DNA of 44,983 nucleotides, taken from positions 19,054-64,036 of the forward strand of contig CAYIXS010000001.1 of the NCBI GenBank assembly GCA_964367445.1, read 5' to 3'. Position 1 is the first letter of the stretch; the number at the start of each line of letters is the position of its first letter. Position numbers and translations under genes: made by a program. The DNA comes from Candidatus Woesearchaeota archaeon (GTDB lineage: Archaea > Nanobdellota > Nanobdellia > SCGC-AAA011-G17 > JACPIM01). Shown piece by piece: positions 24,547 to 33,726 of this stretch. The notes under the pieces are model-generated. The model was not told the DNA's origin. It searched no databases and was given only the letters and a program-made list of their open reading frames with translations.

Positions 24547-26004
24547 TTGACTAAGAAAAATTATTTTCAGGTAAGCACGGCTATAGATTATCCATCGTCA
24601 CGTTTTCACCTGGGCCATGGATATGAGAAAATTTGTACAGATGTAATAGCGAGATGGCGGAAATTGGAAGGTTTCAAAGTCCATTTTTCTACTGGCACGG
24701 ATTGTCACGGCTTAAAAATTCAAAGAGCTGCTGAAAAAGCAGGCAAAACGCCATTAGAATTTGTTACAGAAATTTCTGCGGGTTTTAAGGAATTGTGCAA
24801 GGTGTTAAACATTTTATATGATGATTTTATTATGACAATTGAAGAAAGACATAAGAAAGTAGCCCAATATATTATGGATCAATTATACAAAAAAGGAGAG
24901 ATATATAAAGGATATTATGAAGGACCTTATTGTGTTGATTGCGAGACTTATTATACAGAAAAAGATTTAATTGATGGAAATTGTCCTGTTCATAAAAAAC
25001 CTGTTGAAATTATAAAAGAAGAAAGTTACTTTTTTAAGTTAAATAAATACCAAGATTTTCTAATCAAATATATTAATGATAATCCCAATTGCATATGGCC
25101 CGATAATAAAAGAAAAGAAATACTGAATAAACTAAAACAACCTTTAAGAGATTTAAGTATAAGTAGAAAAGAAGTAAACTGGGGTATTCCTTTACCTTTT
25201 GATAAAAACTTGACCGAGTTTGTTTGGATAGAAGCATTAAATAATTACTTAACTACCATTAGTTATCCCGATAAAAAATATAAAGCTTTTTGGCCTGCTA
25301 CGCATTTAATTGGTGTTGACATAGTTTTCCATCATACCATAATTTGGTTTTCATTATTAAAAGCATTGAATTTAGAGATACCGAGAATAGTAGTTCATGG
25401 TTTTATAAATCTAAAGGGTCAGAAATTAAGTAAGGCTGCTGGAATAAGAATAGACCCCATAGAACTAGCAAAAACTTATGGAACAGATCCCTTAAGATAT
25501 TTCTTAATTAGAGAAATTCCTTTTGGCCAAGATGGAGATTTCTCTGAGGAAGCTTTGAAAGACAGATTAAATAATGAACTAGCAAACGATTTAGGAAATT
25601 TGGTTAGTAGAAGTTTAACCATGGTGGAAAAATATTTTGATGGAAAAATTCCAAATGGAAAAAATGAATTAAAATTTGATATTGATAAAATAGAAAAATT
25701 AATGGAAAATTATGAATTGACTACCGCTTTAGCCGAGATCTGGAAACTTGTTCAGGAAATTAATAGGTATATTAATAAAGAAAAACCATGGGAAAATGAA
25801 AAAAACAGGGAAACTGTTTTATATGGTGTTTTAGATAGTTTAAGAATAGTTTCTATTTTGTTATATAGTTTCATACCTGAATCTTGTAAAAAAATAAGCA
25901 AACAAATTGGTTTTAAGATTGAAAGTTTAAATGATTGTAAGGTCAATTTATTAAAAAAAGGAAAAATAAAAAAGGGGGAGATATTGTTTAAGAAGGTTGA
26001 ATAA
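24547..26004 (+). CDS. metG: Methionyl-tRNA synthetase catalytic body (no C-terminal tRNA-binding domain)
   Basis: TTG start. HIGH-type FHLGHGY, Zn knuckle CVDC..CPVH, KMSKS-type KLSKAAG. Stops before the anticodon-distal appendage. Confidence 0.9.
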   Translation: MTKKNYFQVSTAIDYPSSRFHLGHGYEKICTDVIARWRKLEGFKVHFSTGTDCHGLKIQRAAEKAGKTPLEFVTEISAGFKELCKVLNILYDDFIMTIEERHKKVAQYIMDQLYKKGEIYKGYYEGPYCVDCETYYTEKDLIDGNCPVHKKPVEIIKEESYFFKLNKYQDFLIKYINDNPNCIWPDNKRKEILNKLKQPLRDLSISRKEVNWGIPLPFDKNLTEFVWIEALNNYLTTISYPDKKYKAFWPATHLIGVDIVFHHTIIWFSLLKALNLEIPRIVVHGFINLKGQKLSKAAGIRIDPIELAKTYGTDPLRYFLIREIPFGQDGDFSEEALKDRLNNELANDLGNLVSRSLTMVEKYFDGKIPNGKNELKFDIDKIEKLMENYELTTALAEIWKLVQEINRYINKEKPWENEKNRETVLYGVLDSLRIVSILLYSFIPESCKKISKQIGFKIESLNDCKVNLLKKGKIKKGEILFKKVE

Positions 26005-26345
26005 TGTCTGTTGATGTTTCATTTGATGTTGATATAGAAACGTTAGAAAGAAATATTTATAGATTGATTGGTTCTTATGAAACTTATGGAAAAGTTCCAA
26101 ATATTCCTTGCCTTATTGGGTTAAAGAAGAAAAGAGATGACTTATTAGACAAGATTATGGCACAAGTAGAAGAGATGGGACTTACTCTCTTGGGTAATTT
26201 GGTGGCGGGGCTGGTAGAATTCTATGAAACCTTTGGAAATGGTTTTGATCTTCCTTGTTTGACAGGAATAAAAAGAAAGAGAGATAATTATATAAATAAT
26301 ATTGATGGTGTTATGATTGGTATAATTGAAAATGGACAAGATTAG
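26004..26345 (+). CDS. Hypothetical protein with an internal ~45-aa duplication
   Basis: SYETYGKVPNIPCLIGLKKKRDDLLDKI versus FYETFGNGFDLPCLTGIKRKRDNYINNI. The start overlaps the metG stop (TAATG). Confidence 0.5.
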   Translation: MSVDVSFDVDIETLERNIYRLIGSYETYGKVPNIPCLIGLKKKRDDLLDKIMAQVEEMGLTLLGNLVAGLVEFYETFGNGFDLPCLTGIKRKRDNYINNIDGVMIGIIENGQD

Positions 26346-26664
26346 TTTTGATGATTTCAAGAAAATAGACTTAAGAGTTGGAAAAATAAAAGCCATGAAA
26401 GAACATCCCAAAGCAGATAAATTATTAATTTTGGATATTAACTTAGGAAAAGGAGAACACGATATACAGTTGGTCGCTGGATTGAAAAACCATTATAAAG
26501 AAAACGAGTTAATAGGGAAAAAAGTTATTGTTGTGAGGAATTTAGAGCCAGCTGTTTTAAGAGGTGTTGAGAGCCAAGGCATGTTATTAGCTGGAGTTTT
26601 TGAAGGAAAGATTTCTTTATTAACTGTTGATAAGGATATTGAAGTTGGAGCTAAAGTAGAGTAA
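26326..26664 (+). CDS. tRNA-binding domain protein (Trbp111/CsaA/MetRS C-terminal domain type)
   Basis: FKKIDLRVGKI..HPKADKLLILDINLG...QLVAGL..VVVRNLEPAVLRGVESQGMLLA OB-fold signature. Confidence 0.85.
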   Translation: MKMDKISFDDFKKIDLRVGKIKAMKEHPKADKLLILDINLGKGEHDIQLVAGLKNHYKENELIGKKVIVVRNLEPAVLRGVESQGMLLAGVFEGKISLLTVDKDIEVGAKVE

Positions 26665-26667
26665 ATC

Positions 26668-27051
26668 ATGAAAAAAAGAAAATTTCTATTTGTTTGTTTT
26701 GCAAATGAAAATAGAAGTCCGACTGCTGAAAGAGTTTTTAGAGAATTACTAGAGAAAGGTGGCTATAAAGTTACTGATGATCTTTATTCTAAAAGAGGAA
26801 AAGTAGTTTTATCTGCTGGTTTTGAGCCTAGTGAAAAAGGAAGACGAGTAAGTAGAGAACTTTGCGATAGTGTTGATGAAATACTTGTAATGAATAGATG
26901 GATGATAGATGAGTTAGCTGAAAAATATGGGCAAGAGGCTGGAAAAGTTACTACCTTGGATATACCAGACGTTTATGGAAAAGATGATCCTGAATTAATG
27001 AGTTTATTAAGTTTAAAACTGAGAGAATATTTAGAGTTAAAAGGATATTAA
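26668..27051 (+). CDS. Low-molecular-weight protein-tyrosine phosphatase / ArsC-like
   Basis: P-loop VCFANENRSPTAE (C-x5-R-S). Confidence 0.75.
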   Translation: MKKRKFLFVCFANENRSPTAERVFRELLEKGGYKVTDDLYSKRGKVVLSAGFEPSEKGRRVSRELCDSVDEILVMNRWMIDELAEKYGQEAGKVTTLDIPDVYGKDDPELMSLLSLKLREYLELKGY

Positions 27052-27126
27052 GCCTGTAAAATAGTTAATTAATTCTGCTTTTTTATAATATAAATATATT
27101 TAAAGAAACTAATTTTCTTAAAGACG

Positions 27127-28077
27127 ATGCAAAGAATATGGACTGAAAAATTTAGGCCCTTATTATTTAAAGAAGTAATAGGGCAGGATAAGATAATTGA
27201 AAGAATAGAGGCTATGACTAAAAACAAGAATATTCCTAATTTATTATTTGCCGGGCCTGCCGGAATTGGTAAATCTACAGTTGCTTTAGTTGTTGCCAAA
27301 GAATTATTTGGTGATAAATGGAGAGAGAATTTTTTAGAATTAAACAGCTCTGATGAGAGGGGTATTGATATTATTCGTGGAGTAATAAAAGATTTTGCTA
27401 GAACAAGAGCAATTGGTGATGTTCCATTTAAATTAATTTTTTTAGATGAATGTGATTCGTTAACTAAAGAGGCTCAACAAGCATTAAGAAGAACTATGGA
27501 AAATTTTACTGATAATGTTAGATTTATCTTGAGCTGTAATTATTCATCTAAGTTAATAGATCCCATACAATCAAGATGCAGCGTTTTTAGATTTAGGCCT
27601 TTGGACAAAGAAGGAATAAAAAAAGTCATTGAAAAAATAAAGAAAGAAGAAGGGTTAACTATTAGTGAAAAAATAAGTGATGCACTTTATGATATTTCTG
27701 ATGGTGATGTTAGAAGGGTAATAAATATACTACAAAGCTGTGCTTCTTTGAATAAGATTATAACAGAAGATTTAGTTTTTAGTTTAGTTTCAGCTGCAAG
27801 ACCCAAAGAAGTAAAAGAAGTTTTAGAGTTTGCTGTTAGTGGTGATTTCATTAAGTCTAGGGATAAATTGTTAGATACTATGCTAAAACACGGGTTAAGC
27901 GGATTGGATGTAATCAAACAGATACAAAAAGAAATTTTAAATTTGGACATAAAAGACGAAAAAAAACTGACTTTGATTGAAAAATGTGGTGAAGTCGAGT
28001 TTAGAATGGTTGAGGGTTCAGATGAATATCTACAATTAGAGTCTTTATTAGCTGCTGTTGTTTTATATGGAAAATGA
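27127..28077 (+). CDS. rfcS: Replication factor C small subunit
   Basis: WTEKFRP, GPAGIGKST, FLDECD, QSRCSVFRF. Confidence 0.93.
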   Translation: MQRIWTEKFRPLLFKEVIGQDKIIERIEAMTKNKNIPNLLFAGPAGIGKSTVALVVAKELFGDKWRENFLELNSSDERGIDIIRGVIKDFARTRAIGDVPFKLIFLDECDSLTKEAQQALRRTMENFTDNVRFILSCNYSSKLIDPIQSRCSVFRFRPLDKEGIKKVIEKIKKEEGLTISEKISDALYDISDGDVRRVINILQSCASLNKIITEDLVFSLVSAARPKEVKEVLEFAVSGDFIKSRDKLLDTMLKHGLSGLDVIKQIQKEILNLDIKDEKKLTLIEKCGEVEFRMVEGSDEYLQLESLLAAVVLYGK

Positions 28078-29249
28078 GTTTTACTGAAAAATATAGGCCC
28101 AGAAAATTAGATGAGGTTTTTGTTAGCAAAGAAAAAATATTAATGCTGAAAAAATTAATTTTAGAGAAAAAACCCGTTATAATGAATGGTCCCACTGGTT
28201 CAGGTAAGACTAGTTTAGTTTATGCTTTAGCTGATGAATTAAACTATGATGTTTTTGAAATAAATGGATCTGATTATAGAAATAAAAATAATATTGATTT
28301 GATTGTTAAACCGAGCAGTTTAGAGGGAAGTTTATTTGGTAGGGGAAGGATAATCTTAATAGATGATATTGAAGGATTAAGTGGGACTAAAGACAGAGGG
28401 GGTGTTCAGGCCTTAGCTAATGTTTTAAATGAAAGCAAGTGGCCTATTGTTATAACTACTACTGATGCTTATAATCAAAAAATTTCTATTTTAAGAAAAA
28501 GAAGCGGTTTGATAGAAATTGACCCTTTTGATTCATTAACCATTTTTAATATTTTGAAAAAAATTTGCGATAATGAAGATATAATTTATGATGAAGCTGC
28601 TTTAAAAGAATTATCTAGAAGAGCTTCTGGTGATATACGAGCTGCTATAAATGACTTACAGAATCTAACCTCAAAAAATAAAGAACTCGGCAAGGAAAGT
28701 TTGGAAAGTTTGGATGACAGAGAGAAAAAAGAAGAAATTTTTACGGCGTTGAATCTAATCTTCAAAGGCAGAGAAATTGGCAAAGTCGTTAATAGTATAG
28801 AAAAAACTGATGTTGATCTTGATGAGGCTTTTTTATGGATAGATGAGAATTTGCCTTTGCAATACTTGAAAAACAAAGATTTGTTTAGCGCTTATGAAAG
28901 TTTATCTAAGGCAGACATTTTTAATGGGAGGATTATTAGATGGCAGTACTGGAGATTTTTGGTTTATAGGAATTTTTTTATGACTGCCGGGGTTGCTTTG
29001 TCTAAAGAGGATAAATATATTAATTTTAGTTCTTATAGGAGAAGTAGCAAACTATTGAAATTATTCTGGGCTAAACAGAAAAATTTGAAGAAAATTAGTA
29101 TTTGTGAAAAAATTTCTGAGAAAAATCACGTTTCTGTAAAAAGAGCTGTAAAAGATGTTTATCCCTATATTAAATTGATTTATAAATCTGGAAGAAAAAT
29201 AGATGAATTAGATTTGGATGAGGAAGAGATTGAATATTTGAGAAAATGA
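28074..29249 (+). CDS. rfcL: Replication factor C large subunit
   Basis: FTEKYRP, NGPTGSGKTS, ILIDDIEG, GDIRAAINDLQ. ATGA overlap with rfcS. Confidence 0.85.
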   Translation: MSFTEKYRPRKLDEVFVSKEKILMLKKLILEKKPVIMNGPTGSGKTSLVYALADELNYDVFEINGSDYRNKNNIDLIVKPSSLEGSLFGRGRIILIDDIEGLSGTKDRGGVQALANVLNESKWPIVITTTDAYNQKISILRKRSGLIEIDPFDSLTIFNILKKICDNEDIIYDEAALKELSRRASGDIRAAINDLQNLTSKNKELGKESLESLDDREKKEEIFTALNLIFKGREIGKVVNSIEKTDVDLDEAFLWIDENLPLQYLKNKDLFSAYESLSKADIFNGRIIRWQYWRFLVYRNFFMTAGVALSKEDKYINFSSYRRSSKLLKLFWAKQKNLKKISICEKISEKNHVSVKRAVKDVYPYIKLIYKSGRKIDELDLDEEEIEYLRK

Positions 29250-29254
29250 TATTT

Positions 29255-29479
29255 TTATTTTATTCTTCGTTTGTCAATCTTTAAACCTAAAGAACCAGTA
29301 TAATTACATTTTCTACAAACATAATTCTGTGGATATCCGCCTTCCGCTAAAAATATTTCATATAATTTTGAATTACACTTTGGGCATTTTAAATTTGTGA
29401 GATGGGAAAATGATTCTAAGTTTCCTATTCCAATAATTCCTTTTTTAAAAATGTTTGATGCCTTTTTAAGAGATTTCAT
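29255..29479 (-). CDS. Small zinc-ribbon protein
   Basis: CPKC...CRKC; 74 aa. Confidence 0.5.
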   Translation of the reverse strand: MKSLKKASNIFKKGIIGIGNLESFSHLTNLKCPKCNSKLYEIFLAEGGYPQNYVCRKCNYTGSLGLKIDKRRIK

Positions 29480-29495
29480 ATTGAGTTCTAACTTT

Positions 29496-30380
29496 TTACA
29501 TAGCTTCTAATCTAAGTATGCGTTCATTAATATCTGGGTGGGTTGAAAAAATATTAGAAGTGTGTTTTTTGAAATGTCTTAAAGGATTTTCTATAAATAG
29601 GTGTGCTGTAGCTCTGTTTGCTACCTCAACTACTGGTTCTTTGTCATCCCTTATTTTCTTCAAAGCATTAGCTAATCCTGGTGGATATCTAGTTAGTAGG
29701 GCTCCAGAAGCATCTGCTAAAAATTCTCTTTTACGTGAAACTGCAAATTTAATTAATTGAACAATTATTGGTGTTAATATTGCCAAAACTAAGCCAATAA
29801 CTATTATGAAGGTATTTGCTCTATTCTCTCTGTTTCCGGAAGACCAGAAAAAACTTCTTAACAACATATCAGAAATTAAAACTGTAATTCCTACTAAAGT
29901 TGCAACCAGCATCATAAATCTAACATCATAATTTTTAATATGAGAAATTTCGTGTGCTAATACTCCTTCAAGTTCTTCTCTATTCAATCTTCCTACTGCT
30001 CCACTTGTTACTGCAACAATAGAATGTTCGGGGCTTCTACCACTTGCAAAGGCATTAATTGCACTATCATTTATAACATAAATTTTTGGTGTTGGAATAC
30101 CTGCTGCTATAGATAATCCTTCTACTGTATTAATCAGATATGTGTGCTCTGGTTTTCTGGCTTCTTTTGCTCCAGTCATAGCTAAAATCATTTTGTCACC
30201 TGAATAATAACTTATAAGAGTGAATATTAGTGAGATAAAGAAAGCAAAGAATAATCCCAAATACGGATCAAAAAAGATATAACCAAAAACGAAACCTAAA
30301 AGAATTATTGCTACAAAGAATAATGAGACTAACAAAACCGAGTTTCTTTTATTTGTTGATATCTCATTGTATATATCCAT
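29496..30380 (-). CDS. htpX: HtpX-like M48 zinc metalloprotease
   Basis: HEISHIKNYD (HExxH) and four TM segments. Confidence 0.9.
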   Translation of the reverse strand: MDIYNEISTNKRNSVLLVSLFFVAIILLGFVFGYIFFDPYLGLFFAFFISLIFTLISYYSGDKMILAMTGAKEARKPEHTYLINTVEGLSIAAGIPTPKIYVINDSAINAFASGRSPEHSIVAVTSGAVGRLNREELEGVLAHEISHIKNYDVRFMMLVATLVGITVLISDMLLRSFFWSSGNRENRANTFIIVIGLVLAILTPIIVQLIKFAVSRKREFLADASGALLTRYPPGLANALKKIRDDKEPVVEVANRATAHLFIENPLRHFKKHTSNIFSTHPDINERILRLEAM

Positions 30381-30386
30381 TTTATA

Positions 30387-30938
30387 TTAGAATTGAACTT
30401 TAACTGGCTTTTTTGCTTCTTCTTCAATTTCAAAGTATTCTTTTCCATTAAAGCCAAAGATTGAAGCAATTATCTTAGATGGAAATGTTTGAACTTTCTG
30501 GTTTAAGGTTAAAACTGAATCATTGTAGAACTGCCTAGAGTATGCTATTTTGCTTTCTGTTCCTGATAGTTCTTCTTGCAGTTGTAAGAAGTTCTTACTT
30601 GCTTTTAATTTTGGATAGTTTTCAGCTACTGCAAAAATTGTTTTTAGCGCTTCTGAGATTTGATTTGAAGCTTGCGCTTTTTTAGCTAAAGATGGGTTCA
30701 TTAAAGATGTTCTTGCTCTTGTTAAACTTTCTAATGTTCCTCTTTCATGCTTCATATAACCTTTTACGGTTTCTACTAAATTTGGAATTAAATCATATCT
30801 TCTTTTTAATTGAACATCTATTTGAGCCCATGCATTTTCTGTTCTGTTTCTTATTCTAACCAAAGAATTATATGCTAGAATAACATACAAAACAACTATT
30901 ACTAAAATTACAATTATCGCCCATAATAATGCTGACAT
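30387..30938 (-). CDS. lemA: LemA family protein
   Basis: N-terminal TM, then [33 protein letters not shown]. Confidence 0.9.
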   Translation of the reverse strand: MSALLWAIIVILVIVVLYVILAYNSLVRIRNRTENAWAQIDVQLKRRYDLIPNLVETVKGYMKHERGTLESLTRARTSLMNPSLAKKAQASNQISEALKTIFAVAENYPKLKASKNFLQLQEELSGTESKIAYSRQFYNDSVLTLNQKVQTFPSKIIASIFGFNGKEYFEIEEEAKKPVKVQF

Positions 30939-31056
30939 AGTGGATAAAAAGCTTTATATTAGTTTAAATATTTTATGTATCTAGAAAAGAGCATTTCTTA
31001 GGGCCCTTTTTGAAAAGGCGCTCGCGGAAAAAGCTCGGGAAAGAAAAAGAGGGAAA

Positions 31057-32385
31057 ATGGCTTATGATATTATTGTGGGAAGAACAGATGCTGATAGGAA
31101 AGCATTAGGTATTAAAGGAACTATTTTTTTAGGAAAACACTATGTAAGAATGGGTGAAACGGTTTCTTTGAGCAATAGGGTTTTATTAGATGTTGCTAGA
31201 ACGCATGTTATACTAGTTTCTGGTAAGAGGGGATCCGGGAAGTCCTATTCTCTTTCTGTAATAGCAGAAGAAATGGCAAAATTACCTGAAGATATTTCAA
31301 AAAATTTAGCAATATTGATGTTTGACACTATGGGTGTTTTCTGGACAATGAAATACCCTAACGAGAGAGATGAACATTTATTAGAGCAATGGAAGCTGAA
31401 ACCACAGAGTTTGAATATTAATTTATATGTTCCTGAAGGATATTATAATAAATATAAAGAAAGGGGTTTGCCTGCGGATTACTCTTTTTCTATAAAGACT
31501 AGCGAACTAGGTGCTAGTGATTGGTGTAATGTTTTTGATGTTAAGATAACAGACCCTATTGGTGTCTTAATTGAAAGAAGTATTGAAGAATTAAGAGAAG
31601 AAATGAGGGACAAGTACGATATTGACGATATTATTGACAAAATAAGAAAAAACAAGAAAGTTTTACAAACTGTGAAAGATGCAGCTGAAAACAGATTTGT
31701 AAATGCCAATAGTTGGGGTTTGTTTAGTATGGAGGGAACTGAAATAAGTGGTTTGATCAAAAGAGGAGAAATCTCTGTTTTGGATACTAGCGCTTATACC
31801 CAAGTTTCTGGTGCCTGGAGTATTAAGTCTTTAGTTTTGGGTATAATCGCCAGGAAACTATTAATTGAGAGAATTGTTTCCAGAAGATTAGAAGAATTAG
31901 AAAATATAGAAACTTCACAAAGGTATTTAATTGATGTTGAAAAAGAATTAGAAAAACCTTTGATATGGTTGATGATAGATGAAGCACACGAATTTCTACC
32001 AAAACATGGAACAACTCCTGCGACAGATGCATTAATACAATTACTACGAGAAGGTAGGCAGCCTGGAATTTCTTTAGTTATGGCAACACAACAACCAGGT
32101 GAGATTCATAAAGATGTTTTAACACAGTCAGATATAGTATTGAGTCATAGATTAACTGCAAAAGCAGATATTGAAGCGCTAAACTCAATGATGCAATCTT
32201 ATTTACTGGCTGAAATAGAGGATTATATGAATGGCCTGCCTAATTTGAAGGGCGCGGCAATTATATTAGATGATAATTCTGAAAGAATTTATCCTATTGG
32301 AGTAAGGCCTAAGCTAAGCTGGCATGGTGGTGAAGCTCCTAGTGCTGTTAAGTTTAGCAAGAAAGAAGAGCTTAAAGAACTTTAA
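31057..32385 (+). CDS. HerA/FtsK-like P-loop ATPase (DUF87-type)
   Basis: Walker A SGKRGSGKSYS, Walker B LIWLMIDEAHEF, ATQQPG. Confidence 0.75.
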   Translation: MAYDIIVGRTDADRKALGIKGTIFLGKHYVRMGETVSLSNRVLLDVARTHVILVSGKRGSGKSYSLSVIAEEMAKLPEDISKNLAILMFDTMGVFWTMKYPNERDEHLLEQWKLKPQSLNINLYVPEGYYNKYKERGLPADYSFSIKTSELGASDWCNVFDVKITDPIGVLIERSIEELREEMRDKYDIDDIIDKIRKNKKVLQTVKDAAENRFVNANSWGLFSMEGTEISGLIKRGEISVLDTSAYTQVSGAWSIKSLVLGIIARKLLIERIVSRRLEELENIETSQRYLIDVEKELEKPLIWLMIDEAHEFLPKHGTTPATDALIQLLREGRQPGISLVMATQQPGEIHKDVLTQSDIVLSHRLTAKADIEALNSMMQSYLLAEIEDYMNGLPNLKGAAIILDDNSERIYPIGVRPKLSWHGGEAPSAVKFSKKEELKEL

Positions 32386-32444
32386 AATTAATAGAAAAGT
32401 TTATATATAAGTAATAATTACTAATAATTATAAATACTTACTAG

Positions 32445-32657
32445 GTGTTTAATTTGAGGATAATAAAAACAAAACATGCTACTGAGAAAGCAAAATTATG
32501 GGCAGTAACTGATGAACAGATTAGAATAGCAATAAAAAGAGGATCAAAATATAAACAAACAGACGGTCTTTTGGTGGTCTATATGGAATATGAAATCGCT
32601 TATAAAATAATTGGAAATGATTTATATTTGATTAAAACTGTTAAGATGAGGAATTAA
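32445..32657 (+). CDS. Small DUF4258-like putative toxin
   Basis: GTG start, 70 aa. The pattern IKTKHATEKAKLWAVTDEQIRIAIKRG resembles DUF4258. Sits 5 nt upstream of an antitoxin-like gene. Confidence 0.45.
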   Translation: MFNLRIIKTKHATEKAKLWAVTDEQIRIAIKRGSKYKQTDGLLVVYMEYEIAYKIIGNDLYLIKTVKMRN

Positions 32658-32662
32658 GCAAA

Positions 32663-32992
32663 ATGAAAAAATGTTATATGTGTAATGAAGGAAGATTGGA
32701 AAAAAAGAGAACGGACTATTTTTTATTAGGTGAAGATTTAGGTAAATTCGAGGCAGAGGTTTGTGATAAATGCGGTGAGCAATTCTTTGATGAAAGTGAA
32801 GATGAAAAAATTACAAAAATAGCAAAAGAGAAGGGGTTGTGGGGTATAATGGCTAGAACTAAAATTGGCCAGGCAGGATCTACTTTAGATATAAGATTGC
32901 CTAAAAAGATTATAGAATTTTTAAACTTAAAAAAGGGTGAAGAGGTTATTGTTTATCCTGAAGGGAAAAAAAGACTGATTATTGAAATTTAA
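32663..32992 (+). CDS. Zn-finger (YgiT/MqsA-type) fused to an AbrB/SpoVT (MazE-like) domain; putative antitoxin
   Basis: CYMCNEG...CDKCGEQFFD, followed by RTKIGQAGSTLDIRLPKKIIEFLNLKKGEEVIVYPEG. Confidence 0.6.
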   Translation: MKKCYMCNEGRLEKKRTDYFLLGEDLGKFEAEVCDKCGEQFFDESEDEKITKIAKEKGLWGIMARTKIGQAGSTLDIRLPKKIIEFLNLKKGEEVIVYPEGKKRLIIEI

Positions 32993-33726
32993 AGAACTCT
33001 GAAATCTATACAAACCCTATAAGTAAACGGAGCATAAGCGCCGCATTTCACAATTTTCAAAATTTTTAATTTTTTAAAATAGGGTTTTATTTTTTTATTT
33101 AGATCTCTGAATTCTTTTTCTTGAGCAAAAGTATAAAAGTGAATTATTCCATTTTTTTTAATTACTTTTTTTGTTAAGTCTAAAAAATCCTCTGCTGATT
33201 TTGGCAACGGCATTAATACCCTATCAAATTTTATTTTTAATTTTGGAACTATTTTTCTAACATCACCCCTATACAATGTTACATTGTTTGTTTTATTCAT
33301 AATTAGATTTTCTTGGGCTAATCTGTGTGCTGTTGGATTCAACTCTATACCTATTATGCTCTTAGCTCTTGTATTTTTAGCTATTTCAATAGGCAGAACC
33401 CCTATACCTGAAAATAGTACTAAAATGTCTTCTCTTGGTTTTATTTGATTAATTATTCTCACTCTTTCATTTGCTGTTCTTGGAGAGAAATATGTTTTCT
33501 CTATGTCAACTTTCAACCGAACTTTGTTTTCTTTGTGAACAGTTATTTTTTTATTTTCACCTAAGATAATCTTTACCTTTTTTAATCTGTATTTTCCTTT
33601 ATGAATATCTGATTTATATGCTGCTGTTTTAATGTGTTTATTGTTTTTAATTAATTCTTGTGCTTCTTTTTTGGATATTTTTTTATTGAATAGAACAATA
33701 TCTCCAATAATTTCATAAGATGTCAT
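32989..33726 (-). CDS. Met-10+/Trm5/Taw2-family SAM-dependent tRNA methyltransferase
   Basis: ILVLFSGIGVLPIEIAK, IGIELNPTAHRLAQENL motifs. The short (245 aa) form fits Taw2/Trm5b. Confidence 0.75.
   Translation of the reverse strand: MTSYEIIGDIVLFNKKISKKEAQELIKNNKHIKTAAYKSDIHKGKYRLKKVKIILGENKKITVHKENKVRLKVDIEKTYFSPRTANERVRIINQIKPREDILVLFSGIGVLPIEIAKNTRAKSIIGIELNPTAHRLAQENLIMNKTNNVTLYRGDVRKIVPKLKIKFDRVLMPLPKSAEDFLDLTKKVIKKNGIIHFYTFAQEKEFRDLNKKIKPYFKKLKILKIVKCGAYAPFTYRVCIDFRVL

Noticed and set aside
26625-26636. Possible third copy of the hairpin motif (gttgataaggat, matching the reverse complement of the 25-mer over 12 nt).
   Set aside because: Only 12 nt match, the second hairpin arm is missing, and it lies inside the conserved Trbp111-domain coding sequence (VDKDIE). 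This is compatible with chance in AT-rich DNA.
27069-27299. 76-aa minus-strand ORF overlapping the start of rfcS.
   Set aside because: It is antisense to the conserved RFC Walker A region (its GPAGIP stretch mirrors GPAGIGK). A shadow ORF.
31001-31056. GC-rich patch upstream of the HerA-like gene, considered as a DGR template repeat for the VR-like segments (it shares gctcggg with 17452-17573).
   Set aside because: The shared string is only 7 nt and the surrounding sequences are not collinear (39 versus 54 nt between anchor points). There is no pattern of adenine-to-N correspondence.
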